Assembly (NCBI GenBank): GCA_900319025.1
Contig: ONMT01000001.1
Coordinates: 8,462-72,461, forward strand
DNA length: 64,000 nucleotides
Direction of reading: 5' to 3'
Origin: an uncultured Bacteroidales bacterium
Lineage (GTDB): Bacteria > Bacteroidota > Bacteroidia > Bacteroidales > Paludibacteraceae
The position numbers and the translations under genes were made by a program. Numbering within the stretch: the stretch's first letter is position 1; each line of letters opens with the position of its first letter. The notes beneath the pieces were generated by a model. It was not told the DNA's origin. It worked only from the letters and a program-made list of their open reading frames with translations, and searched no databases. Below are positions 55,340 through 64,000 of the stretch, piece after piece.

Positions 55340-55511
55340 GTGCCCAAATCAAAAACGGCGTTTGGCGAGGGTTTGAACTCTTTTGCGTGTATGTACGTAC
55401 GTACGCGTGCGCGATGGTCAATTAGTTTAACAATTTAATATAGCCATAAAGATAGCAATAAAAATTAGGTATGCACGGGATACACCCGCGCACACCCATA
55501 CTGACCGTTAC

Positions 55512-55931
55512 TTATTTGAAATCGCGATACCACACCTGCTCATCCACATTAGGCGTTTTGTCGGTATTGCGGTACATGAGTTTGATGCGCACACCTTTCA
55601 ACTCGCGGAAACCCTGACCGTATCCCTCTTTTGCCTCAATCTCGTCCATAGCGGCGTTGATTGCGGCTTGGCATTTCTTGTCGCATTGCGAGGCGGTACC
55701 ATTTACGATAAAATACTTCGAGCCATCGGTAATCGGAGATTTGGCTATCTCGTTGATTTTTTTCTCGATGGTCGGATAAGCGAAGAGCGCATAGTTGTTC
55801 AGAACAGCTTCGTCCTGACCGTTGGCATCCGCATCAACGCAATACATACGATCACCGGTTACAGTGGATTCACAAGCCGTAAAGGCAAACATAGCCACGC
55901 AGGCTACTACTGCAAATAAGATCTTTTTCAT
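55512..55931 (-). CDS. Hypothetical lipoprotein
   Basis: MKKILFAVVACVAMFAFTACES lipobox. Confidence 0.6.
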   Translation of the reverse strand: MKKILFAVVACVAMFAFTACESTVTGDRMYCVDADANGQDEAVLNNYALFAYPTIEKKINEIAKSPITDGSKYFIVNGTASQCDKKCQAAINAAMDEIEAKEGYGQGFRELKGVRIKLMYRNTDKTPNVDEQVWYRDFK

Positions 55932-55982
55932 AATAGTTTTGTTTAAATGGTTAGTAATAGTATTGACCGTGATTAAACTTGG

Positions 55983-56378
55983 TTAGTCCGGTTGCTCGTC
56001 AAGGGAGAGTTTAACGGTCAGTTTGTCGCCCGTTTTCACCTTTTGGAAGACATAACCGAGCAACTCTTCACTGGCATCAAAGACTGCGAAATAGAAGGTC
56101 TCCTCGTCCTGTGCTCCGACACTGCTCGGTGCAAAATCATCCGGCGACTTGAGGTCGAAATGTGCCACGCCGGCAGCATCCGTGGTCGCAGAGGCGGTAT
56201 AGTTCTGCTTGTATTCTACCCCGCCGATGCCCTTGTAGTGCATTTTCCACACTACGACACCTGCCTGCGGCTGGTTGTTCTTGGTTACTTCCACATCTAC
56301 TGTAGCCTCCGTCTTGAACGTGCAACTACTCATCACTACGGCTACCAGAGCTGCCAAAAGAATTTGAATCTTTCTCAT
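55983..56378 (-). CDS. Hypothetical lipoprotein (small beta-sandwich-like)
   Basis: MRKIQILLAALVAVVMSSC lipobox. Confidence 0.6.
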   Translation of the reverse strand: MRKIQILLAALVAVVMSSCTFKTEATVDVEVTKNNQPQAGVVVWKMHYKGIGGVEYKQNYTASATTDAAGVAHFDLKSPDDFAPSSVGAQDEETFYFAVFDASEELLGYVFQKVKTGDKLTVKLSLDEQPD

Positions 56379-56466
56379 AATAATATCATTATTTTAGTAT
56401 TGATTTACACAACGTAAAAAAGACAGCACGCGACACAGTCGGGGAAAATCTACAACAAACCCGCTG

Positions 56467-56474
56467 CAAAGATA
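56467..56474 (-). promoter_or_regulatory. -7 box (TATCTTTG on minus strand) for the two lipoprotein genes
   Basis: ccgctgcaaagatactact on the + strand is aaaaagtagTATCTTTGcagcgg on the - strand. Confidence 0.55.
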
Positions 56475-56607
56475 CTACTTTTTCTTGGAACGAACAAGGA
56501 AAACCGTAAAAAAATTCATTCTGAGTGTATTTTTTACGTAAAATTCTTCAATTAGCACTACTTTGCCACCCGAATCTTAATAATCGTACATTTTTCGGGG
56601 CAGAAAT

Positions 56608-56669
56608 GGGCTTTTTTTGAGTCGGTCTTCTCTCGGTTGTATCTCGGTCATCTCCCGCTCGTCGCTCGG
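56608..56669 (-). repeat. 11-bp-phased CCGA element, copy B (inverted relative to copy A)
   Basis: TCGG on the + strand occurs at 56622, 56633, 56644, (56655, degenerate) and 56666. The minus strand reads ccgagcgacga gcgggagatga ccgagatacaa ccgagagaaga ccgactcaaaaaaagcccat. Confidence 0.8.
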
Positions 56670-56860
56670 TGGCGGGTCTTATTTGTCTAAATCTTAATAA
56701 TCGGATATTTTGCAAGGATAGTCTAAGCATAGCGTAAGAGTAGCGTAACCTATGCTGATTTGGAGGATGAAAACAGATAGTTGAAAAGGAGATGAAATCT
56801 TAATAATAGGAAATTTTTCACAAAATGCCCACATTTCTTGCATATCTCAAAAAAAAGCAG

Positions 56861-56868
56861 TACCTTTG
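56861..56868 (+). promoter_or_regulatory. -7 box TACCTTTG for leuS
   Basis: caaaaaaaagcagTACCTTTGcagcc. Confidence 0.6.
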
Positions 56869-56921
56869 CAGCCGCAAAGGTTTTTTGCCTAAAATGAGTT
56901 GTAAATCGTAAATTAAAATAT

Positions 56922-59720
56922 ATGGAATATAATTTTTCTGAGATTGAGAAAAAGTGGCAAAAGGAATGGGAAGAGAAAGGTGTTTATACCGTTTCGAATG
57001 AGTCCGAGAAGCCGCATTACTATGTACTGGACATGTTTCCGTATCCATCGGGAGCGGGATTGCATGTCGGTCACCCGTTAGGCTACATAGCGAGCGATAT
57101 CTACAGCCGCTATAAACGTCTGCAAGGCTTTAATGTATTGCATCCGATGGGTTTTGATGCATACGGATTGCCGGCAGAACAATATGCCATTCAAACCGGT
57201 CAACATCCGGAAGTAACGACTAATAAGAATATAGCACGCTATATTGAACAACTGCGTACGATTGGTTTCTGCTACGACTGGAATCGCGAAGTGCGCACCT
57301 GCGACCCGAAGTTCTATAAATGGACACAGTGGGCATTCCTCAAGATGTTCAACTCATACTACGACACGACTTTGCAGAAAGCACGTCCTATCACGGAATT
57401 AGTGGCTAAATGGGAAGAGAACGACCCGACTTGGAAGACGCTGAGCGAGAAAGAGCAACAGGAACGACTGATGAACTACCGCATTGCGTACTTGTCCGAT
57501 ACGAAAGTGAACTGGTGCCCGAAATTAGGCACAGTATTGGCTAACGACGAGGTGAGCGAAGGACTGAGTGTACGCGGTGGTTATCCCGTTGAACAGCGGG
57601 TAATGCGCCAATGGTCTTTGCGCGTAAGTGCTTACGCCGGTCGGTTGTTAGAAGGCTTAGACCGCGTCGATTGGACAGAGAGCCTCAAAGAGACTCAGCG
57701 TAACTGGATTGGTCGCAGCGAAGGCGCAGAGATGGTTTTCTTAGTCAAAAGTCCGGGCAAAGCGCTAAAGTCAAAAGCCGAAAGCGAAGATTTTCCGATG
57801 ACTATCTTCACCACCCGCGCGGATACGGTGTTTGGTGTGACATTTATGGTTTTAGCGCCTGAGAGCGAATATGTTCAACGTGTAGTAACCGATGAGCAAC
57901 GCGAAGAAGTAGAGGCATATCTTGCTCGCTGCAAGAACCGTACTGAGCGCGAACGCATCGCTGACCGTCGCGTAACCGGTGTATTCACAGGTAGTTACGC
58001 TATCAATCCGCTAACGAATGGTGAGATACCTATTTATATTTCTGATTACGTGCTCGCGGGTTATGGAACTGGCGCGATAATGGCTGTTCCGGCACACGAT
58101 AGCCGCGACTACGCATTTGCCAAGCACTTCAATCTGCCGATTATTCCGTTGATTGAGGGCGCTGACGTGAGCGAAGAGAGTTTCGACGCTAAGGAAGGTA
58201 AGATGATGAACTCCGGTTTCCTAAACGGCATGGAAGTTAAAGATGCAATCCAAGCGATGAAGGAGTATATCACCAACACAGGAATTGGTCATGTGAAAGT
58301 CAATTATCGTCTGCGCGACGCTATTTTTAGCCGTCAACGTTATTGGGGCGAACCGTTCCCAATCTACTACAAGGACGATATGCCTTATGGTCTTCCTGAA
58401 GACGAGTTACCATTGCAACTGCCTGAGATAAAAGAGTTTAAGCCTACGTCAGATGGTCGTCCGCCACTTGGTAATGCCGCAAACTGGACGTATAATGGTT
58501 ATCCGCTTGAGCTTTGCACGATGCCTGGTTTTGCCGGTTCAAGTGCATACTATCTGCGCTATATGGATAATCATAACGACCAAGCGCTTGTGGACAAAAA
58601 AGTGAACGAATATTGGCGGCAAGTGGACTTATATATCGGCGGAACGGAACACGCAACCGGACACTTGATTTATAGCCGCTTCTGGAATAAGTTCCTATAT
58701 GATTTAGGCTACGTGTGCGAAGACGAGCCGTTCAAGAAACTGATTAACCAAGGTATGATTCAAGGCCGTTCGAACTTCGTATATCGTTATATCGGCGAAG
58801 GCGCAACCGGTAACTTGTATATCAGCTATAACCTTATCGATAATCCGGAGTACAAGGATAAAGTGCAACCGATACATGTGGATGTGAATATTGTTCATAA
58901 TGACGTATTGGATATTCACGCCTTCCGCGCTTGGATGCCGGAGTTCAGAAATGCTCAGTTTATCTTTGCCGACGGCACAAGCAACGAGGTAGAAGACAAT
59001 CCGAATATAGGTGTTTCTATGCCTAAGCAGTATATCTGCGGTTGGGCAGTGGAGAAGATGTCGAAGTCGATGTTCAATGTTGTCAACCCGGACGATGTGA
59101 TAGCTCAATATGGCGCAGACACGTTGCGTCTCTACGAGATGTTCCTTGGTCCGCTGGAGATGAGCAAACCATGGGATACAAATGGTATCGACGGCGTTCA
59201 CCGTTTCCTGCGCAAGCTATGGAACATGTACGAAACGATTACCGACGACGAGCCGACAATGGACGAATTACGCAGTTTGCATAAACTGATTAAGAAAGTA
59301 ACGTGGGACATCGAGAACTTCTCGTTCAACACATCTATTCCGGCATTTATGATTGCTGTGAACGAATTAGGCAAGTGCAATAAACGCGCTATCTTGGAAC
59401 AGATTGCTGTGCTGATTGCTCCTTATGCTCCGCATATTGCTGAAGAAGCATGGCACCGCTGCAAAGGCGACGGATGCGGTTTCGTTGTGAACGCAGAGTG
59501 GCCAAAGTGCAATGAGGAATACTTAGTTGAGAATAATATCAACTACCCGATTCAGTTCAACGGAAAAGTGCGATTTACGCTGTCGCTGCCGAAAGAGACG
59601 CCTAAGGACGAGGTAGAAAAGATTGTTATGGCTAATGACCAGACTGCCAAGTACCTCGCCGGCAACGCACCGAAGAAAGTGATTGTTGTTCCGGGCAGAA
59701 TCGTTAATATCGTGCTATAA
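56922..59720 (+). CDS. leuS: Leucyl-tRNA synthetase
   Basis: The class I motifs are present: HVGH within [16 protein letters not shown], and KMSKS within [11 protein letters not shown]. Confidence 0.97.
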   Translation: MEYNFSEIEKKWQKEWEEKGVYTVSNESEKPHYYVLDMFPYPSGAGLHVGHPLGYIASDIYSRYKRLQGFNVLHPMGFDAYGLPAEQYAIQTGQHPEVTTNKNIARYIEQLRTIGFCYDWNREVRTCDPKFYKWTQWAFLKMFNSYYDTTLQKARPITELVAKWEENDPTWKTLSEKEQQERLMNYRIAYLSDTKVNWCPKLGTVLANDEVSEGLSVRGGYPVEQRVMRQWSLRVSAYAGRLLEGLDRVDWTESLKETQRNWIGRSEGAEMVFLVKSPGKALKSKAESEDFPMTIFTTRADTVFGVTFMVLAPESEYVQRVVTDEQREEVEAYLARCKNRTERERIADRRVTGVFTGSYAINPLTNGEIPIYISDYVLAGYGTGAIMAVPAHDSRDYAFAKHFNLPIIPLIEGADVSEESFDAKEGKMMNSGFLNGMEVKDAIQAMKEYITNTGIGHVKVNYRLRDAIFSRQRYWGEPFPIYYKDDMPYGLPEDELPLQLPEIKEFKPTSDGRPPLGNAANWTYNGYPLELCTMPGFAGSSAYYLRYMDNHNDQALVDKKVNEYWRQVDLYIGGTEHATGHLIYSRFWNKFLYDLGYVCEDEPFKKLINQGMIQGRSNFVYRYIGEGATGNLYISYNLIDNPEYKDKVQPIHVDVNIVHNDVLDIHAFRAWMPEFRNAQFIFADGTSNEVEDNPNIGVSMPKQYICGWAVEKMSKSMFNVVNPDDVIAQYGADTLRLYEMFLGPLEMSKPWDTNGIDGVHRFLRKLWNMYETITDDEPTMDELRSLHKLIKKVTWDIENFSFNTSIPAFMIAVNELGKCNKRAILEQIAVLIAPYAPHIAEEAWHRCKGDGCGFVVNAEWPKCNEEYLVENNINYPIQFNGKVRFTLSLPKETPKDEVEKIVMANDQTAKYLAGNAPKKVIVVPGRIVNIVL

Positions 59721-59721
59721 G

Positions 59722-60135
59722 ATGCGATACGGCTATTCTATACTCATCGCGCTGGTAATCATTCTCTGCTCATGCAGCAAGAGCGACCAGCAGAACGGAC
59801 TCATCGGTTGGGATATCACGTTCGGAGTAAGCGGGAGTACGTCTCCTGCTGCTCCTGGACTGACAGCCGAAGGAATTGATTCCATCTGTACGATTGTCGC
59901 CGGCGAAAATGAATATAGCAAGATTGGTGCGAAACACGTCATCTTACGAAAAGTCAAAGATGCCGTAGAAGTGAAACAAAAAGCAAAAGACTTCTCCAAG
60001 GCAGTAGATGACCGAATTAAAGGCCAGTGGGGAGAAGTTGTACAAGTGGATAGCCGCTATACAAAACTACAAGTTGTATTTACTTCCGATTTCGATACAA
60101 GTACCGAAACGGTAGCCATTTATAAGTATAAATAA
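59722..60135 (+). CDS. Hypothetical lipoprotein
   Basis: I trimmed the start to MRYGYSILIALVIILCSC (lipobox), 1 nt after the leuS stop. Confidence 0.55.
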   Translation: MRYGYSILIALVIILCSCSKSDQQNGLIGWDITFGVSGSTSPAAPGLTAEGIDSICTIVAGENEYSKIGAKHVILRKVKDAVEVKQKAKDFSKAVDDRIKGQWGEVVQVDSRYTKLQVVFTSDFDTSTETVAIYKYK

Positions 60136-60219
60136 GCATTTTAGAAGGCAAAAAAGCAGAAAAAAGAGGTTTTTCTTCATTTTTTTGCTAAAAAATTTGG
60201 TCAGTCCGAAAAAAAGCAG

Positions 60220-60227
60220 TACCTTTG
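60220..60227 (+). promoter_or_regulatory. -7 box TACCTTTG for tRNA-Lys
   Basis: gaaaaaaagcagTACCTTTGcagcc, 25 nt upstream of the tRNA 5' end. Confidence 0.6.
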
Positions 60228-60251
60228 CAGCCGCTTTTGAAAAAAGCAGGA

Positions 60252-60324
60252 GAATCAGTAGCTCAGCAGGTAGAGCACATCCCTTTTAAGGATGGGGTCC
60301 TGGGTTCGAGCCCCAGCTGGTTCA
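60252..60324 (+). tRNA. tRNA-Lys (anticodon UUU)
   Basis: Hand-folded cloverleaf. The acceptor gaatcag/ctggttc has one G-U pair. The D-arm is gctc-agcaggta-gagc, and the anticodon stem catcc/ggatg carries the loop cuUUUaa. The T-arm is ctggg-ttcgagc-cccag, and CCA is not encoded. Confidence 0.9.
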
Positions 60325-60328
60325 CACA

Positions 60329-60358
60329 AGCAGAGGTCGCGAGATCTCTGCTTTTTTA
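60329..60358 (+). terminator. Terminator after tRNA-Lys
   Basis: agcagag (60329-60335) / ctctgct (60346-60352), followed by tttttt. Confidence 0.65.
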
Positions 60359-60395
60359 TTTGGTAGAAGTCCAGGCAGTACAAAAAGATAAAAAA

Positions 60396-61760
60396 ATGAA
60401 CATACCATTAACTTATCATCGGCGCGAAACGACCACGATACAAGTAGGTCATTTAACGATAGGTTCCTCTGCACCTATTCGCGTGCAGACAATGGCGAAC
60501 ACCTCGACCAATGATATTGAATCCAGCGTAGCTCAAGCCCTTCGCTGCGAGAAAGCGGGCGCAGAGCTATTCCGTTTCACTACGCAGGGTGCACGCGAAG
60601 TGGAGTCATTGGCTCAGATTGAGAAACAATTACACGCGGCAGGGAGCACCTTGCCGTTAGTAGCGGATATACACTTCCGCTCGGATGTGGCAGATTTAGC
60701 CGCTGCCGTTTGTGAGAAAGTGCGCATTAATCCGGGAAACTATGCTCCGGATTCGCAATCCGTCAACGAACGTTTCTCGCACCTTTTGGACCTATGTCGT
60801 CAGAACCAGACGGCTATCCGTATCGGCGTTAATCACGGAAGTCTGTCTGCACGTATTATGGAGCAATACGGCGATACACCCGAAGGAATGGTTGCCAGTT
60901 GCATGGAGTTTTTGCGTATTGCCAATCTCAAGCGCTTTACCAATATCGTGCTCAGTATCAAAGCGTCCAACACCCGAATTATGGTGGAGACAGTGCGTCT
61001 GTTGGTGGCGACGATGGACAAAGAGAACATGCACTACCCTATTCATTTAGGCGTAACAGAAGCTGGCGAAGGTGAAGACGGACGCATTAAATCAGCCGTA
61101 GGAATAGGAGCACTTTTGGCGGAAGGAATTGGAGATACTATTCGCGTTAGTCTCAGCGAAGAACCAGAAGCGGAAATACCTGTAGCTAAGGAACTTATCC
61201 ACTATTTCGTAGATCCGGATAGTCCTCGCTACAACGAAAATATCATCATCACATACGACGAAGAGAAGAATAGCCTGTTCTACTATAACACAGAGAAGGA
61301 TTGGAATCAGTTCCAACTGCACGCCGCAGCCGAGTGCGGAAGACTCTTGTGGCAATATAACTGCGATAAATTAGAGTTACTCAATCCAACCTTTGACTTA
61401 GCTCGAGTAGAGAATCTGAGCAAAGATATTCTCCAAGCAGCCCGAATTAAAATGTATAAGACCGAGTTCACGTCCTGTCCAGGCTGCGGACGAACGATGT
61501 TTGACCTACAGACCACTATCGCACAGGTTAAACACGGGATCATGTCCCGATTGGGTGCGAAAGCACAAGGACTAAAAATAGCCATTATGGGCTGTATCGT
61601 TAACGGACCGGGAGAAATGGCGGACGCTGACTATGGCTACGTAGGCGCAGGACGCGACCGCATCAGTTTATATAAAGGCAAAGAGTGCATTCTCAAAAAT
61701 ATACCTCAAGAAGAGGCTGTAGAGCAATTAGTACAGCTCATTAATAGCGATTGTGCATAA
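60396..61760 (+). CDS. ispG: 4-hydroxy-3-methylbut-2-en-1-yl diphosphate synthase (insert-containing form)
   Basis: I trimmed the start to MNIPLTYHRRETTTIQVG because the track ORF begins inside the tRNA. Motifs are VQTMANT, RINPGN, IGVNHGSL, CPGCGRT and MGCIVNGPGE. Confidence 0.9.
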   Translation: MNIPLTYHRRETTTIQVGHLTIGSSAPIRVQTMANTSTNDIESSVAQALRCEKAGAELFRFTTQGAREVESLAQIEKQLHAAGSTLPLVADIHFRSDVADLAAAVCEKVRINPGNYAPDSQSVNERFSHLLDLCRQNQTAIRIGVNHGSLSARIMEQYGDTPEGMVASCMEFLRIANLKRFTNIVLSIKASNTRIMVETVRLLVATMDKENMHYPIHLGVTEAGEGEDGRIKSAVGIGALLAEGIGDTIRVSLSEEPEAEIPVAKELIHYFVDPDSPRYNENIIITYDEEKNSLFYYNTEKDWNQFQLHAAAECGRLLWQYNCDKLELLNPTFDLARVENLSKDILQAARIKMYKTEFTSCPGCGRTMFDLQTTIAQVKHGIMSRLGAKAQGLKIAIMGCIVNGPGEMADADYGYVGAGRDRISLYKGKECILKNIPQEEAVEQLVQLINSDCA

Positions 61761-61798
61761 AAATGCAAATTTAATTTGCATATATAATATTTTTGCAG

Positions 61799-61806
61799 TA
61801 CCTTTG
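61799..61806 (+). promoter_or_regulatory. -7 box TACCTTTG for the PPi-PFK gene
   Basis: atttttgcagTACCTTTGcacc. Confidence 0.55.
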
Positions 61807-61845
61807 CACCAAATTTGGCATCATTAACAAATAAAATATATTGAT

Positions 61846-63996
<2,151 letters not shown>

Positions 63997-64000
63997 GTTT

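Noticed and set aside
56548-56730. 60-aa minus-strand ORF over CCGA element copy B
   Set aside because: Same situation as above. The Arg-rich low-complexity translation comes from the phased repeat, and the ORF has no start context.
60225-60395. N-terminal 57-codon extension of the ispG ORF
   Set aside because: The extension reads straight through tRNA-Lys (60252-60324) and its terminator. IspG homology begins at MNIPLTYHRRE (60396).

Overview
The window looks like a Bacteroidota chromosome, probably Bacteroidales or Prevotellaceae-like. That placement is an inference from four things: TAnnTTTG -7 promoter boxes in front of almost every transcription unit, no Shine-Dalgarno sequences, many lipoprotein signal peptides, and a bTHX ribosomal protein. 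I ran no searches or alignments. All product calls come from motif recognition in the supplied translations and from reading the DNA.

Most of the window is housekeeping. Genes present are wecB (partial), an M20 dipeptidase, a GH13/Na+-symporter/GH13 cluster, rng, bTHX, HU, mutY, coaX, two tandem acyl-CoA synthetases, cinA, mntP, def, ruvX, gyrA, aspA, hppA, psuK/psuG, rplU/rpmA/serS, tkt, leuS, tRNA-Lys and ispG. A PPi-phosphofructokinase is also present but is broken by an internal out-of-frame deletion.

The accessory part is about 29.9-46.5 kb, all on the + strand, and has four sections:
- A tight six-gene array of signal-less proteins (DUF1963-like, Sel1-repeat and orphan) that resembles a polyimmunity island.
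- A secreted protein made of four NPCBM-like modules.
- A ydeI-like gene bracketed by three 38-nt direct repeats and by the decapitated 5' end of a second DUF1963 gene.
- A locus with two giant surface proteins (1159 and 1208 aa) flanking an OmpA-family protein. The two giants share a near-identical C-terminal tail.

The locus ends in seven tandem ~26-bp repeats. It is followed by an 11-bp-phased CCGA element that recurs, inverted, about 10 kb away.

Recurrent noncoding structure is prominent throughout: hairpin-plus-promoter cassettes, an extended GCAGTACCTTTGCAGCC promoter box, and short stutter spacers between genes. I saw no integrase, transposase, CRISPR array or rRNA.
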